A stretch of 64,000 bases of DNA from Squalus acanthias (lineage: Eukaryota). The notes under the pieces are model-generated. The model did no database searches. It was not told the origin of the DNA and worked only from the letters and a program-made list of their open reading frames with translations. Made by a program: the position numbers and the translations under genes. The DNA lies in assembly GCA_030390025.1 (NCBI GenBank), contig CM059438.1, positions 63,552,001-63,616,000 of the forward strand. Reading direction: 5' to 3'. Below are positions 1 through 12,275 of this stretch, in pieces. Positions within the stretch are counted from its first letter, which is position 1; the number at the start of each line of letters is the position of its first letter.

Positions 1-131
1 TGACCCTTAGTGTTAGGGGGGGATTAAATATGTGGGGTTATGGGGATAGGATGGGATATGTTAGGGGGAATTAAATACGTGGGGTTACGGGGATAGGGTG
101 GGATCGGTGCAGGCTCGATGTGGGGATTCTG
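1..131 (+). mobile_element. 3' fragment of an HE1-like elasmobranch SINE
   Basis: GGGGTTA(C/T)GGGGATAGG blocks followed by GGTGCAGGCTCGATG...GGGATTCT, a CR1-like tail recognised from shark SINEs. Confidence 0.5.
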
Positions 132-140
132 TGTGAGAGG

Positions 141-250
141 GCAGGGACAGGGTACTGGATTTGGATGATCAGCCATGATCGTATTGAATGGTGGAGCAGG
201 CTCGACGGGCCGAATGGCCTACTCCTGCTCCTAGTTTCTATGTTTCTATG
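141..250 (+). mobile_element. CR1 LINE 3' tail only
   Basis: Near-identical to the tail at 1349-1460; ends in (TTTCTATG)n. Confidence 0.85.
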
Positions 251-257
251 TTTTATG

Positions 258-1460
258 TAAGAGAAAACGGGGAATTATAGACCGGTAAGCCTGACATCGG
301 TAGTGGGGGAAATGGTAGAGTCCATTATAAAAGATGTAATAGCAGAGCACTTGGTAAACAGTGACAGGATTGGACAAAGTCAACATGGATTTACAAAAGG
401 TAAATCATGCTTGACTAATCTACTGGAATTTTTTGAGGATGTAACTGGTAGAATAGATAAGGGAGAACCAGTGGATGTGGTGTATTTGAACTTTCAGTAG
501 GCTTTCGATAAAGTCCCACATAAGAGATTAGCGTGCAAAGTTAAAGCACATGGGATTGGGGGTAAGGTACTGACTTGGATAGAGAACTGGTTGGCAGACA
601 AGAAGCAAAGAGTTGGAATAAACAGATCTTGTTCCAAGTGGCAGGCAGTGACTAGTGGGGTACTGCAGGGATCGGTGCTAGGACCCCAGTTATTCACAAT
701 ATATATTAATGATCTAGACGAGGGAATTAGATGTAATATCTCCAAGTTTGCAGATGACACAGAGCTGGGTGGGCATGTGTGCTGTGAGGAGGATGCAGAG
801 AAACTCCAGTATGATTTGGACAGGTTGGGTGATTGGGCAGATGCATGGCAGATGCAGTATAATGTGGATAAATGTGCGGTTATCCACTTTGGTGGCAAAA
901 ACAGGAAGACAGATTATTATCTGAATGGCAATAGATTGGGATGTTCTTGCCATGGAGGGAGTGCAGCGAAGATTTACCAGACTGATACCTGGGATGGCAG
1001 GAATGACGTACGAAGAGAGATTGGGTCGATTAGGCTTATATTCGCTGGAGTTTAGAAGAATGAGAGGGGATCTCATTGAAACTTATAAAATTCTAACAGG
1101 ACTAGACAGACTAGATGCAGGAAGGATGTTCCCGATGGCGGGGGAGTCCAGAACTAGGGGTCACAGTCTCAGGATAAGAGGTAAGCCATTTAGGACTGAG
1201 ATGAGGAGGAATTTCTTCACCCAGAGAGTGGTGAACCTGTGGAATTCTCTACTACAGAAGGCAGTTGAGGCCAATTCATTAAATATATTCAAGAAAGAGT
1301 TAGATATATTTCTTAAGGCTAAAGGGATCAAGGGATATGGGGAGAAAGCAGGGACAGGGTACTGAATTTGGATTATCAGCCATGATCTCATTAAATGGCG
1401 GAACAGGCTCAAGGGGCCGAATGGCCTACTCCTGCTCCTATCTTCTATGTTTCTATGTTT
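258..1460 (+). mobile_element. 5'-truncated CR1 LINE, decayed reverse transcriptase
   Basis: QHGFTKGKSCLTNL, QGSVLGPQLF and KFADD motifs. Stop at 498-500. About 220 bp deleted at ~940 relative to the copy at 40676-43791. TTTCTATG tail. Confidence 0.95.
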
Positions 1461-3849
1461 CACCACATCCCCATCATTCCATCCCTGTCGCAGGCCACAT
1501 CACAGCGCAAAGCTGAAATGAGACACACCACAAAAGAATCCAAACTGAATTAATAAATTTATCAATAATCAGTGAACACGTATTTAGAACAAAAATATTA
1601 ACTATTCACCCTTGTGCAATCCATTAGTGCCTCACGTTACTGTGCCTTTGCCTACTCTGGTGCTCTTATGAAGTGTCGGCCCAGTGGCTGCAGCACGGCT
1701 GGTGGAAGGCTGCTGAGTGTCCCATGCAGGAGACTTCAGATGGCCTTGCAGGACACCCTCGACCAGCTCTGGGTCTGGAAGGCCCGGCTGTAGACTGCAC
1801 CATCTCAGCATGGGCGGCAGCAGTCTGGGCTGGCTGGATGACAGGCAGTGACAAGGGCAATGCGGTGTGTCAATGCGGAGTGCCAGTGGTGGCAGCAGGA
1901 ATGCTGTCATCCTGAGAGAGGACAGCAGGTTCCTGCTCCACTGACCCACTTCCACTCCCCTGGGGCAGCACCTCAGCATCCCGAGCAATCTGTTGCAGCA
2001 CAGATTGCTATCCTGCTGCAACATCGTGAAAGCCCTAGTCAACGGTGGTAGACCCAGCCACGATGGCAGCAGTCAGAGCTTGCGTGGCATCAAGCTGAGA
2101 CTGCATGAGAGCAGTCTGAGATTGGATGCTGCAAAGCATAGACTGCATTACAGCACTAAGACGTTGCGTTGCTTCCGCCTGTGCTGCAATGGAAGCTGCC
2201 AGATCGCCCATCACACGCGGCATCAGGTCTGGGTTGCCATGGTCTCTCTGGGAGTCTACCATCCTTTGCAGGCTGGAAATGATGGGCTCCATGGTGTGCG
2301 CGGAGTCTTGTGCAATGTTGGAAGCGGACTCCTCCACGCTCCTTACCATTGCCAAGAGGCTCTTGGGCACCCTTGCCATTGCACCTATCATCTCCGTGTG
2401 CGTGCCCATCTCCCTTCTTCTAAAGGCCTCCCCATCGAGGTCCTCATCTGAGTCCTGTGCTGCAGAACTCGCACGCAAACTCGCCCTCCGGGGAGCTGGC
2501 TCCCGAGCTACCCTTTCCCCCTGGCCTTGCTGCAGCTCGCTTGTCCCTGATGCCTCACCCTGTGCAGATCCCGCTACTACACTAGCCTCTAAAGACCGTG
2601 TAGTGCCAGTATCTGAGCTGGTACCTGCGGGTGAGACATGCAGTGACGCGGTGTGTTCTTCCTCCTTCTCTTCTCCTGCCTCGCTCTCAACGGTGCCCTC
2701 AGGGACAGGCTGCTCAGGTGCTTGCTCATTATCTGAAAGCATAAAGGCACAAGAGTCGGGTTAAGGTGAGGCGAGGGGGACAGGAAGGGAGAAATGCATG
2801 CATACAGCATGATTAGCTGGAAGGTACGAAATGATCGTGAGCTGAGGGGTAAGTGGGATGTGAGGAGAAGGTGTAAGGATGAACATACTGTTGTTGTCCC
2901 CAAGTGGGTCAATATCACCAGTGGCCACGGCGCCCACCACCTGGCACCCAATAATCTTCAGCACTCTATTCTCCTGCGAAGACAATGGTTGGGTGTCGGC
3001 TTGTCCCCTGCCTGTGCGTTCCTGCTCCCTCCTGTTATGAGCCATCTTGGCCTGCAAGAGAAAGGAAAGTGTGTGAGTGAGTGCGGAGCAATGTGTTTGG
3101 GGGATGTACCTGCCATAGTTGAATAGCTGTCATTGAATGCAAGGCTTGGGATTTGGGTGTGAGTGTTGGTAGGTAGAGATTGTTGGTGGGTGAGTACTGG
3201 GGGTATGGTGCTTTGGGCAGTGTGTGAAGACTGTGGTTCAGATGGTGGTATGTAGCATTTGTTGCTGCATTCACTCACCCTGACTACCCAAGTGAGGTCA
3301 TTAAATTTCTTCCTCCACATTGTGTGGGTCCTGGGGACCACAGTGCTGCCTGAAACGTGCTGCGTTACCTCCCTCCACATGATTTGGAAGACTTGCGGCG
3401 AGGGCCTTCTGCCACTTGCCGGGTAGAGCACCCCCCTCCGTCTCTCCACAGCGAACACCAATGCCTCCAATGTTTGATTGCTGAATCTGCACACTCTCTC
3501 CTGGGGCGTGGATCTGCCATGAGTACAGCTGCTTCAGTCCTCTGGCTCCTTCTCCTTGTCTTGTTTCTGCTTGTTGAGGCAGCTGCACAGCCAGCAATGA
3601 TGAGAATGAGGTTCTGTAGCATCAATGAACCTCCCCTTTAAGTACTGAAAAAACTTGCGATTAGACTGCACCTGATATTGGTCCACCCTCTGCGTGTAAT
3701 GCCAATGAGCTTGGGCTTTAAGACTTGAATTAGGACTCCAATCATTTTTTTGAGCAGTGAACACGACTTTTGCGGCAGTCTAATGCATTAGCGCCTCCAA
3801 CTCTTCTAATGACACCGCCCATTCCTGGGCTATAATGAATTGCTAGCCC
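1461..3849 (-). mobile_element. Harbinger family A copy A1 (Myb-gene half; transposase side absent beyond the CR1)
   Basis: Inverted homologue of 20671-22327 plus 26949-27080. Terminus GGGCTAGCAATTC (minus strand) at 3849. Confidence 0.9.
1602..3520 (-). pseudogene. Myb/SANT-like DNA-binding partner gene of Harbinger A1, 3 exons, disrupted
   Basis: RFSNQTLEALV...WREVTQHVS...RKKFNDL, exon 2 AKMAHNRREQERTG. Frameshift near 3497, stop at 2035-2037. Confidence 0.85.
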
Positions 3850-3879
3850 ATAGAGATTAAAATGAAACAGAAAAAGAGC

Positions 3880-4680
3880 AGATGATATTTAATAAAGAGA
3901 AGTGTGAAGTGATGCATTTTGGAAGAAAGAATGAGAGGCAATATAAACTTAACGGTACAATTTTAAAGGGGGTGCAAGAACAGAGAGACCTGGGGGTGTA
4001 TGTACACAAATCTTTGAAGGTGGCAGGACAAGTTGAGAAGGCTGTTAAAGAAGCATACGGGATCCTTGAATTTAAAAATAGAAGCACAGAGTAGAAAAGC
4101 AAGGAAATGATGCTGAACCTTTATAAATCACTGGTTAGGCCTCAGCTGGAGTATTGTGTCCAGTTGTGGGAACCACACTTTAGGAAGGATGTCAAGACCT
4201 TGGAGAGGGTGCAGAGGAGATTTACGAGCATAGTACCAGGGATGAGGGACTTCAGTAATGTGGAGAGACTGGAGAAGCTGGGATTGTACCCCTTCGAGCA
4301 GCGAAGGTTAAAGGGAGATGTAACAGAGGTGTTCAAAATGATGAGGGGTTTTGATAGAGTAAATAGGGAGAAAAACATGTCTGATGGCAGAAGGGTCACA
4401 GATTTAAGGTAAGTGGCAAAAGAATCAGAGGGGAGGTGAGGAGACTTTTTTTTACGCAGTGAGTTGTTATGATCTGGAATGCACTGCCTGAAAGGGTGGT
4501 GGAAGCAGATTCAATAGTACCTTTCAAAAGGGAATTGGATAAATACTTGAAGGGGAAAAAATTGCAGGTCTATGGGGAAAGAGCTGGAGAGTGGGACGAA
4601 TCAGATAGCTCTTTCAAAGAGCCGGCACAGGCACGATGGGCTGAATGGCCTCCTTCTGTGCTGTATGATTCTCTGATTCA
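3880..4680 (+). mobile_element. 5'-truncated CR1 LINE (second subfamily), decayed
   Basis: KCEVMHFG, RPQLEYCVQLW, WNALPERVVEA; ATGATTCT tail. Confidence 0.9.
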
Positions 4681-6864
4681 TGTGATACTGGTATCTTTTT
4701 GTTGTATTTCTCTAGTTGTCCTGAGGGTATTAGCAGTCAACCACAAACTGTGGAATTGGAGTCACAGTGGCCGGTTCCAGTTCCTTCTCTGTGGGACACT
4801 AGTGAACCAGCTGGGTTTTCGCAAGGATCCACCAGTCCATACATTACCAGCTTAATTGAATCACAATTTCCTAACTTGCCATGATTTTGAACTCTTGACC
4901 CTTTGGGGTTGCTAATCGCTGGCCGACTGTCCTCTCGTATCTACCGAAAGTAAATGATTCCTATTTGTGACATTTAGGAAGGAACTCGATAGACACGCAA
5001 AGAAAAAGATTGAAGGGCTGGAGGAAAGAGCAGGGAAGTAGGATGAGACCAGATAGCTGCGCGGTAAAGCCAGCTCCAGCACGGACATGTGGACATTTCT
5101 AAGATTCTGGGATTGTAAATCTCTCGCAACTGATCTTTTACTCCACTCTTTATGATAACTCCATGTTCCAAGCTCTTCAACAGGCAATGTTGTTGATAAA
5201 TTTCACCACGCTGTCACAGCTTAAATGTCAATTTGCTTTCATCAGTCATTGAGAAAAGGTCTGCTGTAATAAGACAGTGTACTGGATATTATTTATTTTT
5301 TTGCTCTCCGCACCAGCTGTTTCATTAATTTCCTCAGAAACTCTCCGAAGACCGTCTTATTTACATGCCAAATTATAAAATAATGACTGCGTCGAGTTTC
5401 CAGCATGGAATTAATGTGCACGCACCAGGCTTCTTAAGCGCTTGTTTACTGGCGAAGCAAAGTTCAGGAGAGGAACATACATCAAAATGCACCGGCCTTT
5501 ACCAGGCTACAATTCCAAATGATTGGTAAATGACATTTGCCACAAGCCGTGCGTGCGTTTAACACACGGACAGTGAAAGATAGCTAAACTCCGAGCGCGA
5601 TTCCTTTTTAAGACAAACTGCTTTCAGAAATAATTGAATTGTGTAGGACAATGTCCGAGGCTTGAGAGAGGGCAGAGAGAAAGAGAAACTAAATTATCAG
5701 TCGCAGGGGAATGAAAAAGCTCGGGTGATATTAATGTACGGGTGGGTGGGTGACGCATTTGTATGATATTGTCTGGATTTTTTAAACGTGGCTTCCATCC
5801 CTTGAGGCGAGTGGGTTAATGCCTCTGTAAAGGAATCGAGATGAACAAATTAAACTGCTACTGTCGCACAGCACGATTTCATCTCAAAGTTGATCATCGA
5901 TTGTCCTCTTTGACCTTTCCTTCTTGTGCTTTAAAATTCAATTGAAGTGCAATACAGCACAAGGCCACCATAGGGTTTGAGTAGTCAGACACCATATAAA
6001 ACAAAGGTTTCAACTGGTTGGGTTTTTTTCCAGCACTCTTTGTGTAGGAATTTTATTTTCCTACAAACAAACCAAGAACATTGCACAATGTAGTAGATGA
6101 GGTGCTGGCTGCCTGATTAAGTTACTGGAATCTTTAGATTGGGAACAGAATGCTCCAACTTTGCTGGGACAATTCAACACCATTGTTTTGTATTGTACTC
6201 CGCTTCTGCACACCCACCATCCCGCAGCCCCCAGTAATTCGCACCTAACCTTCCCTTGCGCAGTACAAGACCATGTCTGATGGAACCATCGCGTGGAAGG
6301 TCCTTATCGTCTGCTGTCCTTATATTATGCTTCCCACTTTCTTCTCTTGTTTCCCAAAGGCACTGACTGTTTCTGGCGCACAGGCGCCGGCTGCCATCTG
6401 CTACCTTGCCCAAATGGCCATTCTTCAAGTGGGAGCCTAGATGTGAGGCTTGGCAGGCTATTTGATTGTGGGGTGCATCACATCGATCCTGATTTAGTCC
6501 TCTCTCCAAAGTTCACACTCGCGCACTTTTCCTGCAAGAGTCATTGGAGAGTGACCGGGAGCAGGAGTCCTGGCCGATTCCTCTCTTGTCAACCCAGGGA
6601 TACTGAGACGAATTATAGTGCATCTACTATTCTGTCACGTCATTTGATAATGTAACATCCTGATGAGCTGTGTAAAGAAAGAACTTGCATTTATAAAGCG
6701 CCCTTCACAACCTCAGGATATCCCAAAGTGCTTCACAACCAATTAAGAGTTTAAAAAAATATATAGTTGCTGTTGTAATGTAGGAAAATATGGCAGCCAA
6801 TTTGCACACAGCAAGGTCCCATCAACAGCAATGAGATAAATGACCAGATCATCTATTTTAGTGA

Positions 6865-7099
6865 AATAAAAACAGAAAATGCTGGAGAAACTCAGCAGGT
6901 CAGGCAGCATCTGTGAAGAGAGAAACAGAGTTAACATTTCAGGTCGATGACCTTTCGTCAGAACGTTCTGACGAAAGGTCATCGACCTGAAACGTTAAAT
7001 CTGTTTCTCTCTTCACAGATGCTGCCTGACCTGCTGAGTTTCTCCAGCATTTTCTGTTTTTATTTCAGATTTCCAGCATCTGCAGTATTTTCTATTTGT
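6865..7099. mobile_element. Penelope-like non-autonomous fold-back insert with hammerhead motifs
   Basis: ~103 bp arms centred at 6964/6965 with 2 mismatches; 14 bp TSD ATCTATTTTAGTGA (6851-6864, 7100-7113). Confidence 0.8.
6965..7000 (+). ncRNA. Minimal type I hammerhead ribozyme motif (mirror copy on minus strand at 6929-6964)
   Basis: CUGACGA core, stem II AGGUC-auc-GACCU, GAAA, self-complementary ACGU stem III, GUU cleavage triplet. Confidence 0.7.
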
Positions 7100-8235
7100 A
7101 TCTATTTTAGTGATGTTGGTTGAGGGATAAATGTTGGCGAGGACACCAGGAAAAATGTCATGGAATCTTTAAAGTCCACCTGAAAAGGACAGATGGAGCT
7201 GCAGCTTATCCAAAAGACAGCACCTCTGACAGTGCAGCACTCCCTCAGTACTGCACTGAAGTGTTAGCCTAGATTATGTGCTCAAGTCCCTGGAGTGGGT
7301 CTTGAATCCACGACCTTTGTAAGAGTGCTACCAGTGAGCCAAGTCTGACACCTATTCAAGCACAATTAAGAAGACCCTCATGAGATGCTGCAACTTGTGA
7401 CAGGTTTTAACCAATCACCTCCTCCACTGTTTCGGTGTCAATGAAACATTTCTTGTCCATCTAACTTTTCTGAACTTGTTGCCAAATTGCTATCAAAATG
7501 TCAGTCGAACTTCACTGATAATGCCATTATTAATCTCAGACATCTATGGTAATGATTAGAACACAGACAATATCATTCACATGAGATCTTAATAAACTGT
7601 GTCAGCTGTGGCTCAGTTGGTAGCACTGAGTCAGAAGGTTGTGGGTTCAAGTCCCACTCCAGAGACTTGCGTACAAAAATCTAGGCTGACACGCCACGGC
7701 ACTACTGAGGGAGTGTTGCACCGTTGGAGGTGCCGTCTTACGGATGAGACGTTAAATCAAGGTCCTGTCTGCTCTCTAATGTGGATACAAAAGCACTATT
7801 TTGAGGAAGAGCAGGGGAGTTTTCCCCGGTGTCCTGGCCAATATTTATCCCTCAATCAACAACAATAAAACACACTGGGGGAAAAATTAGGTCGCGCCCC
7901 GTTTGGGGTGCAAATATCGTCTGGACGCAAAAATTAGCGCCTGGCGCTAATTATCGCCACTGACTGGAAACTTCACTTTTACCGCCCCGGGAGGTGAGTG
8001 GAGCGCTAAATCAGGTGCTGCACACCTGTCTTAAGGCGCAAAGGCCGAGCAGTGAGGCACTAACTCAGCGCGCGAGCGCAGCGCAGGTGCTGCCAGTTAG
8101 CGAGGGAACACAGACACACTGGCGCCGGCCAGTTCTTAAAGCGGGGGGGGCCAACTTGCTCCCCAGCCACACCCTGCTCATTGCAGCCTTGAATCTCGGC
8201 CTGGAGAGACCTGTGAATCCATTTTGCTGCCAAGG

Positions 8236-10056
8236 ATGGAGAGGGTGAGAGAACGAGCTCAGCGCTTCACCGAGCGGGCCTTGGATGCTCTGGTTGGCGC
8301 GGTGGAGCGCAGAAGATCTATACTCTTCCCTGAGAGTGGCAGGAGGCCTTTGCCACGCGAGTACAGAAGAGTGTGGAGGGAGGTGGCTCAGAGCGTCTCC
8401 TCCAGGAGCATGGTGCCCAGGACCCATGTTCAATGCCGCAAAAAGTTCAACGACCTCACTCGGGTCGTCAGGGTGAGTGGCTTTTTCTCAATAGCTCTCC
8501 ATCCCTCCATCTCAACCTCACTCTATGGCCAGAGGGTCTTAAAACCCCAATGCACAACACTCATCCAACACCTATGGCCCTTTCATGAAACACACACACG
8601 CATTCCACACTTTGCATACAGTAAGGGCTATTCACCTATGGGAGGCACATCAGGCAAGACCATGGCTGCATACAGTAAGGGCTATTCACCTATGGGAGGC
8701 ACATCAGGCAAGACCATGGCTGTATATTTACTCAGATGCTGTCCTTTTTCTTGCAGGCCAAGCTGGCGCATAATAGGAGACAGCAGCAACGGACAGGTGG
8801 AGGGTGGCCTCAGCTGCAACCCCTCAGCGATCTTGAGGAGCGCGTCCACAGGATTGTGGCAAGCCGGGTGATCGGTCCCGTCGCCACTGGAGACGCCGAC
8901 CCCGTTCTGGACAGCAATGGTAAGGTCATCACCTTTTTTGTCCTCTGTCCTTCCACTTGTCCCTCACAACACCAGCCTTTGACACTTTCAATCCAACTTG
9001 CTAACTCGCTGCACTTATTCCTCCCTTACTGCCACCCTGTCCTCACGCTAAAGCCACTCTTGTACCTCCCTGCTTTCAGATGGTGATTCACCAGCTGAGG
9101 AGACGGGCCCTGAAGCTGCCAGTGGGAGTGAAGCTGCAGCCGAGGAGGAAGAGGAAGCCGGAGCATCAGTGCCACCCTCTCCCGAGGAAGCCCATGCCCA
9201 CACTGGGAACACGCCTTCCCTGGAGGGGAGCAGGGGGGAAGGGTCTGATGAGGGTGAAGCTCCAGGACCCAGCGGGCTGCAGCAACGCCATGGGGGTAGG
9301 GAAGAACGGGGGCCTTCTCCCCAGAGGGAGAGTATGCCAGCGACTCCTACTGCAATGGACGCAGAGGAGGAGCGGCTGATCGCAGAAATGAACACCCAGG
9401 CGGTGGGCATGCACACTGAGCTCATGGGTGCAGTGGGAAGGGTGCCCGAATGCATTGAGTCACTGGCAAGGAGTGTGGAGCACTTCGCTGTAGCACAGGC
9501 GGATGCCACACTAAAGCTTAGTGCTGCAATTCAGTCACTGACTGCCGTGATCCCATCTCTGACTGCTCTCATGCAGACTCAGATTGAGGCCACGCGAGCA
9601 CTGACTGCTGCCAACCTCGATGGTTCGTTCACATGTCCCCGGGGCTCTCACCGCGCCGCCGCAGGCCAGCAATCTGTGCTCCAGCAGATTGCTCCGGATG
9701 CTGAAGTGCTGCCCCGTGGGAGTGCCAGTGTGTCGGTCGAGCAGGGAGTTGCTGTCCTCTCTCACGATGACAGCATTCCTGCTGCCAACACTGTCACTTC
9801 TCCACTGCACTTGCCACCGCCTGTAGGACAGACTGCTGCCGCCCATGCAGAGTTGGTGCAGTCTGCAGCCGGGCCCTCCAGGCCCAGAACTGGTCGAGGC
9901 CGTCCTTCAGGGGCATCTGCAGTGTCAGGGTCTGACAATCAGCAGCCTTCCACCAGCCTTGCTGCAGCCACTGAGGTCCCATTACGGAGGAGCAGTAGGG
10001 TTAGAAGGGGGGAAGTGCGCAAGGGAAGGAGATCACCCTCGAAGGGCAAAAAGTAG
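8236..10056 (+). CDS. Harbinger Myb/SANT-like protein, spliced 8236-8472, 8757-8919, 9080-10056 (458 aa)
   Basis: RFTERALDALV...WREVAQSVS...QCRKKFNDL; GT-AG introns of phase 0 and 1 join into one open frame; basic C-terminus. Confidence 0.85.
8616..8725 (+). repeat. 54 bp tandem repeat x2 in intron 1 of the B1 Myb gene
   Basis: ATACAGTAAGGGCTATTCACCTATGGGAGGCACATCAGGCAAGACCATGGCTG repeated; three copies in B2. Confidence 0.9.
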
Positions 10057-10136
10057 GAGGTGTGACAAAATGCTGGTCATTTTTTTATTAAAGGCCGAGG
10101 TTCGTGGTCCAACTTTTGTCTAGTGTTTTGGACAAT

Positions 10137-10879
10137 GGCCCAAAAATTAGTGAGTGAGCCTTCGTGCGAGTGTAAGGCCTTTCCGCGATCTCTCACTGCG
10201 CGCTGGCTTTTTCAGTCCGAGCTCGCACGAACTTGATGTTCTGGACAGCAGCTGTGCAGGGCTTTCGTATCCCACAGGCGTAGTTAATTCGTGCGAGCTG
10301 TGGGATCACGTGACTCAGTTAGAGCCAATGGCAGCACACCATCTTTCATTCATAGCTTTCACAGCACGGCTGTGAAAGCTATGAATACTATACCCCCCAA
10401 AAGAACAGCTAAACCTCAATTAAATTTTTTTAAAAAACCATCACATTAATAAAATAAGTATAGTTAAATAAATTAACCATTTTAAACAAAAAATTTAATT
10501 TTTGAAAAAATTTAAAATCTTTTAAAAAGTTATAAAAATAAACTTACCTGTCTTTAAAGTCTCTAAAAAAGATATACCTGTTAAAAAAAATTCAAAATAA
10601 TACTTAATTAAGTACTTACCTTGTTAAAAGAGGGTCTTACACCTCCTTTCTTTATGTCTAAAATCTTCCATGCTTACCTGCGCGTCCAAAGCACTAAGTG
10701 CACTGCGTGCGCGCAGCCTGTAGCGCGCACGCGGTTCACCTAGGAACCGCCCCCTTTTGAATTCACCAAGTGCCGGTTTTCAGCGCATGCGCAGTGCATG
10801 CAGAAAACCGGCAATTGGAGACAGAATACGCGAGAGTACACAGTGCGTACTCTCGCGTAGCGGCACTAATTTTTGGGCC
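10137..10879. mobile_element. Harbinger MITE related to family C, nested in B1
   Basis: Perfect 16 bp TIR GGCCCAAAAATTAGTG; absent from B2; right ~110 bp matches the left end of element C. Confidence 0.92.
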
Positions 10880-11114
10880 ATTATCTCCAGGTTGTGAGAA
10901 CCAGTTATGTTAATGACTGTTTTTTTGTGTTTATTTCTATGAGTTTTTCATGAGGAAATGACACACACAGAGTTTGTAAAATAAATAAGTTTTTGTATTC
11001 AAAATATACATGTTTGGTGTTTGGAATCATTGGTGCCTTGGCCGGCTTAGGGGTTGTGTGCTGGGTTCATTGATGTTGTTAGCAATGGCAGAAGCCATTT
11101 CCACAGCAGGGGCC

Positions 11115-12275
11115 CTAGAAGCGGCTTGCTATCAGCCGTTGACGGACGGCCCTTGCAGTTTCACCATTGTGGGCCGCCCTCCCGCCTTGGTGCTGCTGAT
11201 GATCATCCTCCTCGTCCTCTTCCTCCTCTTCCTCCTCCTCCTCTGGTGGTGCTCCAAGGCCTGGTGGCATTGGCTGGGTCCTGAGGATTGCCATGTTATG
11301 CAACATGCAGCACACAACTACGAAGTTGGATACTCGCTCAGGCGAGTACTGCAGGGCTCCTCCAGAATGGTCGAGACAGCGGAACCGTTGCTTCAGCACG
11401 CCGATTGTGCGCTCAATGATGTTCCTGGTAGCTTGATGGCTCTCGTTGTACCGCAGCTCAGCAGGGGTGTTGGGCGTACGGAGCGGTGTCATCAGCCAGG
11501 TGCTCAATGGATACCCCTTGTCCCCGAGAAGCCAACCAACTGGCTGATGCAGTGCCTCGAAAAGTTCTGCCACAGTAGTCTGGCGCAGAATGAAAGCATC
11601 GTGGCAGCTGCCAGGATAGTGGGCATTGACAGCGAGTATCAGCTGTCTGTGGTCACAGACCAACTGAACATTCAAGGAATGGAACCCCTTTCTGTTCCGG
11701 AAATCCTCGGCATTCTGATGTGGAGCACGCAAAGCCACATACGTGCAGTCAATGGCGCCCTGCACCATGGGGAAGCCCGCTATCCTCGCAAAGCCCAGAG
11801 CGCGGTCACGCTGCTTGTCTGGGGTCATGGGGAAAGAGATGAACTCTCGTCTCCTTTTAAAGAGGGCATTTGTGACCTGCCGGATGCAGCAATGCACCGC
11901 GAACTGGGAGATATTGGCGAGGTCCCCAGCAGCAGCTTGAAATGAGCCAGTAGCATAGAAGTTGAGAGCCACTGTGACCTTCACTGCCACCGACAGAGAC
12001 GTCCTGGACCTCAGTTGAGGCTGCAGATCTGGCTGCAGCAGGTGGCAGAGCTCAGTGACCACCTCCTTGCTGAATCGCAGCCTTCGCAAACACAGCTCCT
12101 CAGACAAATGAATGTAGGAGAGCTGTTCACGATATACCCTGGGAGGGTAAGCTCTCCTGTACAGACGCCTGTTGGCCCTCCTCCGTCTGGCCATCATTGC
12201 CACTCTCTCTCTGCGTCTCTGTGTCCTCCGATTCAGCTGGAGCAGGACGACGCCCCCATTCAGTGCAGCCCCCAT
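11115..12275 (-). CDS. Harbinger (HARBI1-like) DDE transposase, 386 aa from the first ATG
   Basis: [39 protein letters not shown] motifs; uninterrupted; acidic tail. Confidence 0.95.
   Translation of the reverse strand: MGAALNGGVVLLQLNRRTQRRRERVAMMARRRRANRRLYRRAYPPRVYREQLSYIHLSEELCLRRLRFSKEVVTELCHLLQPDLQPQLRSRTSLSVAVKVTVALNFYATGSFQAAAGDLANISQFAVHCCIRQVTNALFKRRREFISFPMTPDKQRDRALGFARIAGFPMVQGAIDCTYVALRAPHQNAEDFRNRKGFHSLNVQLVCDHRQLILAVNAHYPGSCHDAFILRQTTVAELFEALHQPVGWLLGDKGYPLSTWLMTPLRTPNTPAELRYNESHQATRNIIERTIGVLKQRFRCLDHSGGALQYSPERVSNFVVVCCMLHNMAILRTQPMPPGLGAPPEEEEEEEEEDEEDDHQQHQGGRAAHNGETARAVRQRLIASRF

Larger units (their letters stand above)
6675..7352 (-). mobile_element. tRNA-derived Deu-domain SINE (SacSINE1-like), interrupted by a Penelope-like insert
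   Basis: Reverse complement of the SINE at 18316-18784, with A/B-box head at the right end. Confidence 0.85.

Noticed and set aside
8473..8871. Unspliced read-through of Myb exon 1 (215 and 233 aa ORFs)
   Set aside because: Canonical splice sites and the conserved exon 2 favour splicing
11010..11945. Long antisense ORFs over transposases and pol (also 37077-37889, 26778-27425, 62061-62798)
   Set aside because: Shadows of GC-rich coding strands with no motifs
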